Source of the DNA: Chlorokybus atmophyticus
Taxonomy: Eukaryota; Plantae; Mesostigma and Chlorokybus algae
Direction of reading: 5' to 3'
Length of the DNA stretch: 64,000 nucleotides
Assembly (NCBI GenBank): GCA_009103225.1
Contig: RHPI01002069.1
Span: 955,378 to 1,019,377 of the forward strand
Below are positions 27,142 through 40,013 of this stretch, piece after piece (the stretch's first letter is position 1; each line of letters begins with the position of its first letter). Under the pieces are notes generated by a model. It had not been told where the DNA came from. It was given only the letters and a program-made list of their open reading frames with translations, and searched no databases. A program made the translations under genes and the position numbers.

Positions 27142-28324
27142 ATGGAAGAAAACTCGGTGCCCACCTCAAAAGGGGAGAGCTCGGAAAAAGAGCAACCTTC
27201 CCGTGAGGAGGAATTTCCATCCATGGAAGATATTCCGAATCCGGATGATGCACCTGATGAGTCTCAAGCTGCTAAAGCTGCGGAAGCTTCAGTGGATGAT
27301 AGATCACCTTCTATATTCCCTGAGTTTTCTATTCGCATGACACAGCAGGACTTGATGGAGCATTTCCTTAGCACCTATGATCAGGACCCTCGTGAGGCAA
27401 TTGTCTCATTCGTGAACTTTCTCTTCCTATTGGCAGAAAAAGTTTCAAAGCTCACCACCTTTATGGGGCGAGATTGGGAGGGGCAGATGGGTGAAGGCAA
27501 ACGTGTTCTGAATATGATGGAGCGTCTTCAACGTGCTGACGGTGGTCCACCTGTTCAAGCACTTGCTCGTCCTGCCGAGTTTGTTCCCAACAAGCAAGCG
27601 GCCATCTTCGACTGGCTTGTGAAGTTGCGACACTATGTCAACTCCCTTCACATTTCTGAGGAGGGGAAATTGCGTGTGGCTGAGTTGCTGATCCTAAACA
27701 ATGCTCTGGCAGAGTGGTACCGCCGTGAGCAACGTGATACAAACCTCGGGCGGGAATTAAATCAATTGTGCTTTTTCATGGAGCAGCGATATGATGGCGC
27801 AGATCCTGCCCAGGTTGCTCGCAACCAGCTGCACAACCTGCGTCAGAACGGACGCAGGTTGTCCGGTTCAGCAGTATATCCAGGATTTTCAGTCGTTTGT
27901 CAGCAAGATTAAAACTGGCAAACTACCTATCAGTGATGCTGATCAGCTGGATATGTTCAGACGTGGCTTGGACACTGATCTCGTGCAGCATGTGGCCGTC
28001 AACCCCGCGAGTTTGCAAGAGTGGGCCTCGACGGATTTACCAATGCTGATGCAAATGGTTGCTGCTGTGGACAGTGCAAAGCGCTCTCACGCCAACATGC
28101 AAACCACGGCAAAGGAGGCAGCCCCGGTTTCAGCTGCAAAGCGCCCGGCCACTGACAACAAACCTTTTGTGAAAAAGGCGAAACCATTTCATCCTGCTGG
28201 CCCCTACAATGCGGCCAAATCCATCATCACTTGCAGTTTCTGCAAGAAGACAGGTCATGGGGAGGCTAAGTGCTATGTAAAACAGAATGCACAGAAGGCC
28301 AAGCAGCAGAGAGACAAGAAATAG
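27142..28324 (+). pseudogene. gag: gag of the retrotransposon (one frameshift near 27865; CCHC zinc knuckle)
   Basis: ARNQLHNLRQ..[fs]..VQQYIQDFQSFVSKI..SDADQLDMFRRGL is a retrotransposon Gag core. CSFCKKTGHGEAKC is the zinc knuckle. The frame ends in TAG. Confidence 0.85.
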
Positions 28325-28327
28325 TAA

Positions 28328-31300
28328 TTGTCCGTGGTTGGTAGCTTAGTCGAGCAGAACGACTTTAAAAACTCTGTACTTCTTGATAAAGTTTCCTCTC
28401 TTTGTAATGTATCAGATGTATGGACTGATATGAGCACACCACCTGTGTTGAGAAATGCAAACGGTTGTGTTTTAATCAATGTTCCATTCTCTGAATTAGT
28501 AACTGCTGTTAAGCACTTACACAAGTTGCAATTACAACATGCTGTCACTGCATGTGTAGTTATCCCTCGATATCATGGCCCGTGGTCGCGATTGTTGAAA
28601 GGGGGAGAAGTAATCATGCAACTCACACGCAAAGATACAAGAGCTTCACCGTTGCAAGTGATCTTTATCAAGTCTGCTACTAATCACGGCACCCCGACAT
28701 TAGCTACATTTGATGGTCACTCAGTGCCACTCAAATGGAGATTTGAGAGTCAACTTATGGGTACACCATGTACAGCATTGATTGATACTGGTGCAAACCA
28801 TAACTTTGTTGAACATGCTTGGGTGAAACGTAATAACATTCCTTTCACACCAGTCACGTCATATGTACGTGCTGCTGGTTCCACTCTCAATGCAATGGGA
28901 GAGGTAAAAGGGCGTTTTGTTATTAATGGCCATATAACCCGACCAGCCTTCATCGTGGTGGATATTGGTATCCCCGGGGTGGATGTTGTTTTAGGGGAAC
29001 AATGGCACACTGAAGCAGGTTTACAATTAGACTCTCGAGCCAATACGTGCACCCTTCGTAAAGGGAAACGTAGGATGACTTTAACAGCATCTGTACTCGC
29101 ACGTATACCACGCGATAATGTTCCGCTCCTCTCTGCTATGCAATTGAAACGTTGCATGCGTAAACGTGAGGAAGTATACTTACTGCACTTACGACAGGTG
29201 GAATAACCTGCTGAACAGGCTATCAGTGACCCTGTGGTGCAGTCACTTACGGAACAATACGCAGATGTGTTCAGGATGAACTCCCGGAGTTGCCTCCCGA
29301 TCGAAACATACATCATACCATTCCGCTAGAGGAGGGGGCAAAGCCACCTTGGCGGCCTATAAACAGGCTAAGTCCCTTAGAACACGCGGAGATGGAAAAA
29401 CAGCTCTAAGAGTTATTGGACAAAGGTTTAATAACAAAGAGCATATCTCCTTTTGGTGCACCAATTTTGTTTGTGCCCAAAAAGAATGGCAAGCTACGCA
29501 TGTGTATTGATTACCGTGCGTTGAACAAGGTCACTGTGAAAAACAGATACCCTTTGCCTCGGATTGATGATTTGTTTGATAAGCTGTCAGGTGCAACAGT
29601 GTTCAGCACGCTGGATTTGACCAGTGGTTATCATCAAATCAAAATCCACCCGTCGGATATACAAAAAACTGCATTTCGCACCCCACTAGGACACTTTGAG
29701 TATAAAGTGTTACCATTTGGGTTAACAAATGCACCAGCTACATTTCAAACAGCAATGAACGCGGTATTTGCTAATGAATTGTACAAGTTTGTACTAGTAT
29801 ATCTAGATGACATTATTGTGTTCAGCAAAACCTGGGAGGACCACCACAAACATGTGGAATTGGTTCTAGCTAAGTTACGCGAACACAAATTCTATGCCAA
29901 CCTGTCCAAATGCAACTTTGCAAAGGATGAACTACCCTTTTTAGGGCATGTGATTGGCAAAGAAGGATTGAAACCAGATCCTCAGAAGGTGTGTGCGGTA
30001 AAGGATTGGCCACCACCCAAGGATGTACATCAGTTACGTGCTTTCTTGGGGCTAGCCAATTATTTCCGCAAGTTCATGCGAGCATATTCTGGCATGGCAA
30101 ATTCTTTAACATCTTTACTAAGAAAAGATGTTAAATTTGTGTGGACGGAGGCACACGAGGTTGCTTTTACACGCATTAAAGATGCATTAACACAAGCCCC
30201 TGTGTTAGCCTTCCCCGACCACACCAAGCCTTTTGTGGTGATCAGTGATGCTTCCACCATTGGGTGTGGGGCAGTCCTTCTACAAGATGACAGACCATGT
30301 GCATATGAAAGCAGAAAGTTCATTCCTGCTGAACGTAATTACACAACCACTGAGCAGGAATTGCTCGGGGTGGTGCACGCGCTGCGCACATGGCGTTGCT
30401 ACTTGGAAGGGGTGGAGTTTTCAGTGATTACTGATCACAACCCGCTCACATTCTTTCATACGCAACAAAATCTGTCGAGGCGGCAAGCTAGGTGGAATGA
30501 ATTCATTTCTCGTTTCACTTTCACTTGGCAATACCGTCCGGGTCGCACCAATGTGGCGGATCCACTAAGTCGCAGCCCTGCTCTTTTGGCACTTACGCGC
30601 TCTCGAAGTACGCGTAATGTACAACAGCCTGAAGATCCTTTCTTAAAGGAAGTGTCCGTAGGTTATAACTCAGATGATTGGTTTAGCAGTCAAACCAACT
30701 TGCAACAACTTACTGCTGTTAGCAATCTGTGGTATAAAGGGGAGCAGATGGCAATTCCCAACTCGGGCGACTTGCGTAAGCAATGCTTACATTCAGTGCA
30801 TGACCCGCCGTATGCTGGGCATTTGGGGAAACACAAAACACTCAAATCTGCGCAACAGTTATACTGGTGGCCGTCAATGTCAGCTGACGTGGATCAATAT
30901 GTTCGCACATGTGACGTGTGTCAACGTAATAAGCCACTACGACAAAAACAAGCAGGATTGCTTAAACCATTGGCAATTCCAGAACAAAAGTGGGAGAGTG
31001 TCAGTATGGATTTGATTACTGACCTACCTGAAACAGCAGCTAAATACACTGCTATTGTGGTTTTTGTCGACCGTTTGACTAAAATGGTGCATTTTGCCCC
31101 GTGTTGCACAACTGTAAGTGCACGGGACTTGGCACACTTATTTGTGTCCACGGTTTTTCGCGTTCACGGTGTACCGCGTGAACTTGTTACAGATCGTGAT
31201 CCTCGGTTTGTCTCCAAGTTTTGGCGAGAAGTCTGTGAATTGTTGGGGGTAAAACAAAGCATGTTGACTGCTTTCCACCCTCAAACGGACGGTCAAAATG

Positions 31301-32040
31301 AGCGAGCAAATCAAATACTGGAAGAAATGCTTCGCCACTATGTGGCTCCTAATCATGCTGATTGGGACAGGTACTTGCCAATGGCAGAGTTCGCTGTGAA
31401 CAACGCGTGGCAAGAAAGTGTAAAGGAAACCCCATTTTTCTTGAATTATGGGATTCGCCCAAACACACCAGCGTCATTGCGTGTACCTCGCCATGCCGTA
31501 ACTATGCCAGCGGCAAAGGAATTTGCCACTAATATGCAAGAAAATTTGGCTCGAGCCAAGCTGTGTCTGTCAGAAGCACAGGACAGGCAAAAAGCTTATG
31601 CTGATACACATTAAAAAATGGTCACTTGCGATGTCGGCGATAAAGTTTTGCTTAATGCAAAAACATAACCATCAAAGGTACGGGTGCTCGCAAGTTGCTG
31701 CCCTGATGGTTAGGTCCTTTCTCTATCACTGATAGAGTTGGTACGCACGCTTATCGACTGCAATTGCCCTCAAGTGTGCGTATACACAACGTGTTTCATG
31801 TAAACTTTTTGAAACCTTACCGCTCAGACGGAAGAACACAGCCTCCACCACCGCCAGTTGAGGTGGACAGCGAGCTCGAATACGAGGTGGAAGCTATATT
31901 GAACCATAAGCTAAATGGTTGAGGACGCGCAACTCGCTATTTGGTGAAATGGAAAGGGTATGGCCCGGAACATAACAGTTGGGAGCCCAACAGGCATCTT
32001 ACGCACTGCCGCGAGTTGCCTCGAGCTTATTGGGATTCAT
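28328..32040 (+). pseudogene. pol: pol of the retrotransposon: MTase-like domain, aspartic protease, RT, RNase H, integrase, chromodomain
   Basis: ALIDTGANHNFV (D at 28784), YLDDII (29800-29811), DAS..YTTTEQELL..TDH (RNase H), HDPPYAGH..CDVC (integrase Zn finger), VTDRDPRF..QTDGQNER, and [25 protein letters not shown] (chromodomain). Stops at 29204, 29407, 31612, 31704 and 31920, plus frameshifts. Confidence 0.95.
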
Positions 32041-32189
32041 GTCCTGTCCCATAAACTGTGGGCTTGGTTTTATGACAGACTGGCAGTGCAGTTTTATTAC
32101 CACCCTGTCATTTCCTGCTATCTCACTGGTTACAATTACTACGAAATCAAGCCTGATCAACTTGAGTTCAACGAGGACGTTGAAAACCT

Positions 32190-32202
32190 AAGTGGGGGGG
32201 AA
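32190..32202 (+). other. Polypurine tract
   Basis: AAGTGGGGGGGAA immediately 5' of the 3' LTR. Confidence 0.85.
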
Positions 32203-32727
32203 TGTAACGGGAGCAATAATAATAGGGGTATTATTGCTACCTAAATAACACATTTTGTATGAATAAGTATTTAAATATGCTTATTTATACCTCTTTTCTA
32301 CGGTTCCTCGCTTATTAAAGGCTATGATGCTTTATCATAGCTTAAATAAGTCCCAATGGGTGTAGAACCGCTTATTCAAGCCTATTAGTTTCACATTTGA
32401 TATAATGTGATCACTATCTCGTTAGGGACCTTACGATAGGTATCTCTGGATAGGTACCTTATCGATAGGTACCTTATCTGAGCTGTGATTGGCTCACGCT
32501 AGATTTCCTAACTACCCTATCTGTAGGGTCGATGTCTAGTTGTGAGTTAATTATCGAGAGGCATATAGTTGATATACTCTTGATATAAAAGGTCACATCA
32601 ATCTGATGTGGGGACTTTCAGTTCTCTGCTCAGTGGCGGCCACGCCGTTGAAAGGCTTGTCATAGGCGGTGTGGGTGTTGGGGTAGAGGATTGAAGGGGC
32701 ATCACCGGCGACGGTGGTGCTGTTAAA
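32203..32727 (+). repeat. 3' LTR (terminal ACA mutated to AAA)
   Basis: Direct copy of 25841-26366, followed immediately by the TSD TCAAC. Confidence 0.95.
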
Positions 32728-33084
32728 TCAACACACCCCTCACACATGAGGATAAGAAAGGCCTCTTTAACAGCTCAGCCACACACCCCATACACAGCAA
32801 GTCATCACCCGGCAAAGCTGCAGCTGCAGAGTTCTCATTGAACTGGAAGTGAGTTCTTAACATGCTGGCTTAGCTTGAAGTAATTCCCTCTTTAGCCTTT
32901 CCACTTGGTCTCACATTACCAAAGACACTTTTGTCTCTTGGTCACGTGTGCTAACCTTTGATATTCACACTCTTCGCCACGCATGTCTAAGAATTGTGAT
33001 TTAAATGTGCTCAAACACGTGTGCACTCATGTGTTATATTATGCGACATAACTCATGTCACATGATACAACACTGTTGCATACC

Positions 33085-33308
33085 GTAGATACATACGTAT
33101 GTATGTATATAGATACAAACATATGTATACACGCATATATATATACATACATATATATGTATGTACAAACATATGTACAAACATATGTATACACGCATAC
33201 ATATATACATACATATATACATACATATATATACATATATATGTATGTATATATATATGCGTGTATACATATGTATATACATACATACGTATGTATATAT
33301 TGATATAC

Positions 33309-33344
<36 letters not shown>

Positions 33345-33345
33345 G
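33085..33345. repeat. Compound (TA)n/(TATG)n/(TACA)n microsatellite
   Basis: Directly visible. The Y/I/M/C-rich ORFs in the track are artefacts of it. Confidence 0.95.
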
Positions 33346-34016
33346 TGCAGTGACATGTTCATTGACCAGCTCCTGCTTCTCTAGTGAAGTGTACAGTTGA
33401 TCTTGTCCACGACTCATAAGCATAAGGACTGACCGTTTGAGTGAAGCACTTGGGTATTGAACACACTAAAGGAGTTAAGCTCCCATAATCATGCTGTCAA
33501 CATAGTCAACCTTGAAGTGATTATGCCTTGCCTGTTAGGCATGACATTGTACAGAAGATGCAAAGTAAAACTGCATGCGCTGTTGCCATTCAAGTAGTAC
33601 AAGATGTAAGTATATTGTCAACTGCTGTAATGAATCTTAGACATTCAATTCTATGGCAGCGTTTGCCTGATTACTGTTTCACAAAATAGCCGAACCAAGG
33701 ATTCTTGCCAACACGTGTAGCATTGCCAAGATAACAATGAACATATGAGTTAGATCTGCATGTGGTGGTGACAAGGGCATTTGCAAAGCACATTCTCTTT
33801 CACACATGATAAAGATGGGGGACGTCTCGCCTCAACCACCCCATAACCTTTGCATATGCAACCAAAGCATCGCGAACCTAGCATCATAAAACCAATCAGG
33901 GAGTAGTCGGCTATTATGTGCATGGCTGGTGGCTTATGTGGCTGCATTGTTGCATCACGTGTCTGGATAGAGGCATTGCCAATACATACCAGCAGACGCA
34001 CGATGATTGCGGCGAG

Positions 34017-35497
34017 TTACCCCGATTGCTTTCCCATGGCTTTTTCCAGTAGCCTTGTCAACAAGTGTTTGGACAAGCCCATGACGTTGTCTATTTCACC
34101 AACCTGCACGATCGAACAATGGTGATCTCGTGTTCACATTTGTATTGGAGTGATAGACACACGCCACAGCAGCTGACAACATGAAACAGCATGCGCACAG
34201 GCTGCTGTGCATAGGCGCCACATAGCATTTACAACTTTCGCACTAGCGTACCATGGCTTCAACAAAGGGTGATACAAGTGGGTGCTCAATCATAAGACCG
34301 CCAGCAGCGCTGTACACCGAGCCCTCGCTGATCTGACGAAGACAACTCAGCAATACAGTGATCATTGCAATGCAGTGCATGGCATACTGGCGTTGTAAGC
34401 AACTCACCAGCCGCTCAATGACGTCATCAGGAATGGGATGAAAATAGATCTGCAGTAAATATGCTTGAGGAAACAACACTGACTCATGTGCTTCGGATAA
34501 AAAGAGTGCAGAGTGTATGCACGCGCACCTCAGCAGTGTCTATACCTTCTGCCCTCAGCCCGTTACCAAGGTTGGTGACTACAACCGACCCAACAGTGCG
34601 TGCGGGAGACCGAGCATACCCTTTGATTGCAAGAGTTAGCTCTGGGTAGTAATGCATGCAAGTAATAGCTACCTGCAGGCACCTGTCCCGCGTGTAGACT
34701 ACTAAAACAACTCACCAGCAATGAAGCGCCTCGCCTCCTCCGCACTCGTCGGCTTCTCCAGTATCCTCCCCTCGTGCACCACAACCTGGTCTGCTGTGAT
34801 GAGCAGTGTATTCGCTGTGGGGTCCAAGTCATCGCGAGTGCAGATTGCGTCGGCCTAGCCATCAGACAACAATGCCGTCAATCGATGTACTGGTCACTGA
34901 CAGTGCAAGCTGACTTATGTTGTTGAATGGACGGACCTTTGCGTGAGCAAGTGCAAGCACCAAGTCTTCAGGCCGCTCTCGTCGGATGGCTTGTTCGTCT
35001 ATGCCCGCGGTCTACTGAAGCACAGGTTCTTATGTAAACACTGACACTGACGCTGGGAGAGTGAGCCTTACAACTGACTCTCGCACGCATTGACCTTTAC
35101 GTCAAAGGCGTATCCCATCTCGGCCAGGATTTTGCGCCGAGTGAGCGAAGCAGAGCCCAATATGAGCTGCATAACCGCACAAGTGTGAGGCAGGAAGCGA
35201 CACTGCAACACTAGGACGACATTCTGCTACTGTGATCGGCATGCGTAAGTGTGACAGCACGCGTTTAGGTCTGCCTCTGCCGGCCAAAGCACGGTGCAGC
35301 CCACAGTTACAGAATTTCAATTTTACATTACTTGCCAGGTGGCTCTGTATGAACATGCACTGCAATCTACACCGCAGTAGGCTTACCACACTTGCAATAT
35401 GTTCACAAGAAAATACTTGTTGCAACGGCGGCATGCGACATTTGTCTCAAAAACGCAGCACACACGTTCACTGCAGCATTCTCACCCTCGGCTTCAT
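34017..35497 (-). CDS. maf: Maf-family nucleotide pyrophosphatase (YceF/m7GTP-type determinants)
   Basis: MKPR|LILGSASLTRRKILAEMGYAFDVK|TAGIDEQAIRRERPEDLVLALAHAK|AD..LLITADQVVVHEGRILEKP..AGGLMIEHPLV..VGEIDNVMGLSKHL. Confidence 0.92.
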
Positions 35498-36093
35498 TGA
35501 TACACCGTCGCCACGGCACGTAACTCAACCGCTGGACCCCCCCCGCCCCTCACACCGCCGTCGCCGCCGCTCGCACTTGCTTCCAGCGGTTGTTCAATGA
35601 ACCGTTTTGGCGCTTCTGCTGGAGCGGATCACCAACAATTACTGAACGCGCGTTGATGCGACGCAACCGCCCACAGCGCCACTGACGCAGCCCGCTTTCT
35701 ACTATCTGAACCCGGTCGTACTAACCTTGAAACTCTGTCTCGAACCGTGCTTTTTTCGCTATTTACGGTACATGATGTACCGTCATTTAGTCAAGCAAAA
35801 AGTGGTTAAGTAGACAGTGAACACTTGGCTAGTCTAACCAGAGTCTAACCAGAGTTTTGCGGCGCTAGTGCCAAGTGATGCCGCCACGTAGGAATCCCGC
35901 CTATTCCAGGGTGAGAGCACTAGCTAGTGAGCATATGCTTGCTGGAATCGCTGGCGAGATGGTTGGTGTTGCGGCGGCGGAGCCTGTTTCCGCCACTTGC
36001 TGGTGCTGCGGCATGTTAGCTGGGTCGTAGTGCTGAACGTTCCTGCTCCTGTTGCTGTTGCTGCTGCAGCTGCTGGGAGGTGGTAGAATAGCT

Positions 36094-38879
36094 ATGCCTG
36101 TGGTGCCTCAGGCGCTGGTCGCGGCCGCTGTGGCCGTGTCGGCCCTGGCGGTCAAGACGGTCGTGCGCAGGAGGCGACGGAGGCGACGGGTGAGTTGGGA
36201 GGTTGCTGAAAACATTTGACGATGACCAAGGCTGTGTTACCATCGTGTTTGACGTGGATCGTTGCTCTGTATGGCTCGAAGCGATCCACGCATTGCCAGC
36301 AAACTTATGTATGCAACGAATGCGTTATTCCCCTTGGCTTCTGTTGCTAGCATGGTGCTTTGTAAGTCAACTGCATTTCAACTTGACTATGTTGGCCAAT
36401 TGACGATTATCCTGTGGCACTAACACGTCATTAACATGTCTGCGTAGCTGCTCACTTTGATGTGACTGACACTGCAAATAGTGATCTCAGTCTCCCCCCG
36501 CCCCTCATTTCTGGTCGTTTGTCAGGCTCTGTCTGCTACCCAGAAGCACACAGAGCATGCACATGCAAAGACAAGTGTGTTTCGTGATGCGCCGGCTGGC
36601 GAAGAAAGCAATGAGGCAGACACGACTGGAAGGTCTGTGGAAGGTACTGAAGAAGAGACGCGCGTTCCGCGTGCTGGACGGGAATGCGCAGCAACCGTTG
36701 CAACAACAAGCGATGACAGGTCAGAGCACGCCTGTGCTATTCTTACATAGGCCATTTAACACAAGGTATTGCATTTTCAAACCACCTTGGTTGTATAGAT
36801 AAGGCAGCTCACGTACAGAGTTCGGCCTGGCGTACATAGCGTTGTTCAAGCCTTAAACAGGATGTATTTATTTTATTGGCGACATCTGATCTTTGGTTGC
36901 TGCGCAGTCCACTAGATCAACTGAGTGCGATAGCTGTTGCGCGTGGTCTCGTTGACGATCCGAGCGATTCATGGACACGAGCGCTGCTGAGACGTTTCTT
37001 GAACACCAAGAAAGGAGACCCGCATGCCGCGGCAGAGGCGCTGGCGAGAACAAAAGCATGGCGCAAGGAGTATGGCGCCGACACACTTTTACAGGTGACT
37101 AGTTACACTGCTACACTGAGAAGCTCACGCACAATCGGACGCAGTACACATTGAAGTCATTGGTAAGCTTTGAAGAGATATAGCTTGCATTACATAATGG
37201 GTTGTGACAGAGAAAGGGATTCATTGTCAGTGGGTGGAGCAGAGTTGTTTTCATGCTGATGTTTGTACGCGAAGCATGCTACACAGATTGCTGCGCACAG
37301 TGCCCTGACCTTGCCAGCGCGAAAGTGTTGGAGGCTGACTGTGCTGGCGTGGCAGGATTTCGAATATCCCGAGTGGGCAAAGGTGTACGAGATATACCCG
37401 CATGGCCACCACCAAACGGACAAACTTGGACACCCTGTGTACATAGAAAGGCTTGGACGCCTGGACACCAGCGCCCTTACGAAAGTAAGCCTTGCCCCTT
37501 GTCAGCTGCCAGCAGCACTTACATGCACTGTAAGCAGGATTGACACAAACACCGCAGGTGACCACTATGGACAGGATGCTGCGGCGGCACATCTGGGAAT
37601 GGGAAGTGTTAACCAGGTGGAAATGGCCGGCATGCGCAGCTTTCTTAGGCTGCGATGTTGTTGACCAAAGCTTTGCCATCATTGACCTTGGTGGCAACCA
37701 GGCATGTACACCAACTTTGTTGTAAGCAATGCATACATGGGTGTACAAGCATTGCAACATTTGCTGATGGGGATGCGTGCGACAGGGTGTGATGAAGTTG
37801 TTTAGGGAAGGCAGCAAGTTTCTGAAGGCAATACTACAGGTGGACACAGAGCACTTTCCACAGGTAGCAGAGTTGCTTCTGTCATTGCAACAGGACTCGC
37901 TTTATGCCGCAAACAACGGCTAGCAGCTGCCATCACAAGTAACAGCAGCGCCGCTTCACGCAGACACTGTACAAGATGGTGGTTGTAAACGCACCTTGGA
38001 CATTTAAGGCCGTGTGGGCCATGATGCGGCCCTGGCTTCCCTCAACGACGGCAGCGAAGATACAAGTTTGCGGGGGTGATTTTAAGAAAACATTGCTGCA
38101 GTACATTGATGAGGAGTAAGCAACCGTTACACTTGGCAGTGCTGGCTTTGCTTGCGAACTTTGCCAGTCTAAACACCCTGCTTATAAATACATGTATTCT
38201 GCAGCAAGCTGCCTGCATTTCTTGGCGGCACATGCGTGTGTCCTGGTGGAGACTGTCTTGCATACGAACCTGGCCCGTGGCAAGGATGTCAGAAGCCTTG
38301 GGAGGTATGTGGCAGTTATAATGACATTGTTGACCATTGCAGTCTGCGGTCCCTTTGGTACACTGATGTACGTAACAAGCATTGTCACCGTCATCAACTT
38401 ACAAGGCATTGTTGTCAATGGCAGCACGTTTCAGCGAATCTGAGCGGTACAAGTTTAAGGCTTCGCATACCTTCAAGGGAGCATATGGTGAGAATTCTTG
38501 TTCGATACTTGCAAGTCTCACGCACAGCTTGTGACGACTAAGCTGATGTGCAGGAGGTGGACATCGCGCCGGCGTCATCTGCATCAAGCTGGCCAGAGTA
38601 AGGGTGACCGCATGCACCACCCTCATCCGGATTCCACCTGTTGCCGACATACTTGAGCTGTCTCTTTGTTGTGTATGTTGTGCCGCAGTAACTACTGCAA
38701 TCTGTCTGTGTTTATTGATGTTGTTCTCAGCGTTAGTTCACGTGTGCGGGAGTACTGCACAGTTGCGGGCTGGTCAGCATTTCCATCAGCCTCAGCCAGC
38801 ATGTGATTTCTGCAGGTCCGCTGAGTTCAGCACACCACGCGAGGAGTTCTTAGAGGATTGGTTTCCCGAATCTTGCTGA
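36094..38879 (+). CDS. SEC14/CRAL-TRIO lipid-transfer protein with an N-terminal hydrophobic, poly-Arg segment
   Basis: LLRRFLNTKKGDPHAAAEAL..WRKEYGAD, YPHGHHQTDKLGHPVYIERLG, SFAIIDLGG, DTEHFP..MVVVNAPWTFKAVWAMMRPWLPSTTAAKIQVCG. Confidence 0.9.
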
Positions 38880-40013
38880 CAGAGCAGTGCAATCCCAGCT
38901 GTTGGCAATCTGTAGGGCATACGCAGTGCAACTGCAGGCTGACGGAAAACAATGCTCTGCCAAGGTACTTCTGCATTAGTATGACATGTGCGCGCGCTGC
39001 CAACTTGGGCGCAACGCTTATGGCAGTGTTCGCAGGTTGCAAGATGTTGTCACACCCGACTATCATGCAGCCTCGTATCAATCTGTACCCTGCCTATTGG
39101 CGCTGCTATTGGCATTGCTTGGTGGTTTGGTGACAACATAGAGCTGTATATATGTAGCATTCTTAGGTTGATTGATTAGTTAGTCTTGTATAGTAAAGGC
39201 GTGTGCACATTGTGTACGCATACATTGATGCTGAATAAGGTGCCCTTCAACGGATGTTGGGCTCCTGTACTGCCTGTCCGCCAGCCCCTTTCTCCTGCCT
39301 CACCCGTGAGATGCGTTGTAGCGTTGTTAGTAAGGCAATGCACTGCACAGAATGTCAGGTGACATCGGGAGCGACGCGTTTGTTGGGCTGTGCGGGACCC
39401 ACGCATACAACCATGCACGATGCAGTTCGCGGCGGGGTTCTGGCATTAAGCGCATTGCCTGATGAGTGCCAGCGGGTGCGCTCAGGGTAAATATGTGCAC
39501 TCATGTTTGTCTGCGTGGGGAACATATACATCTCTTAATATGAACTGTTTAACGACCTGTCACTACAGGCAACACTGTCTTGAATGCGAGACAGCACCAC
39601 ATTGCACACTGCGGTGTGACTTGGATGTGCGTGACCCACCTTGCATCTTTTGTACACATTATGCCAACGTCATGTGTTGTTGTAACGTCGTGCAGTTTGG
39701 CACAGTATGCCGCTGCAGTTGTCCTGTCAAAGTCAAGTTTTCTGCCATCAACATTTGCATCGTTGCTCTGAGTTCCACGCAACAGGAGCTCATGCTTTCA
39801 CCAGCCGCAACAAGCAGTAGTCACCTGTGCTGCCACTACTGGCAGTGCTAAGTTGCACGCAAAAGCACTGCAAGTGTGACCTGTTATGAGCTCTGCACTG
39901 CTCTCACTCAGTACGTATCAACAGCAGTACACACAAAAGACTACTGTACAAAAGACATATGCGTCCAAAGGTTGCGGCATCAGGGAAGTAACAGCATGTG
40001 TGACAATCTGTAA

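Larger units (their letters stand above)
25841..32727 (+). mobile_element. Full-length decayed Ty3/gypsy LTR retrotransposon (chromovirus) with an extra MTase-like domain
   Basis: Two near-identical LTRs, TCAAC at 25836-25840 and 32728-32732 (5-bp TSD), and domain order gag-[extra]-PR-RT-RH-IN-chromodomain. PPT precedes the 3' LTR. Several stops and frameshifts are present. Confidence 0.97.

Noticed and set aside
28322-31614. Non-canonical genetic code (TAA/TAG = Gln), which would fuse gag and pol and repair several stops
   Set aside because: Host genes end in TAG or TAA (larB, HOP2, SQD1, INTS6, Maf, thioredoxin). The 2.2-kb pol ORF uses CAA/CAG for its many Gln residues with no internal TAR, and TGA stops and frameshifts also occur.
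25760-32830. Retrotransposon insertion into a host exon (rejoined flanks read AVKEAFLILMCEGCVEVLLEARSLERAVIRLMKKRL on the minus strand)
   Set aside because: Short, bounded by stops, no family recognised and no supporting exons; insufficient to call a gene.
33039-33423. Y/I/M/C-rich ORFs
   Set aside because: Translations of the TA/TATG microsatellite.
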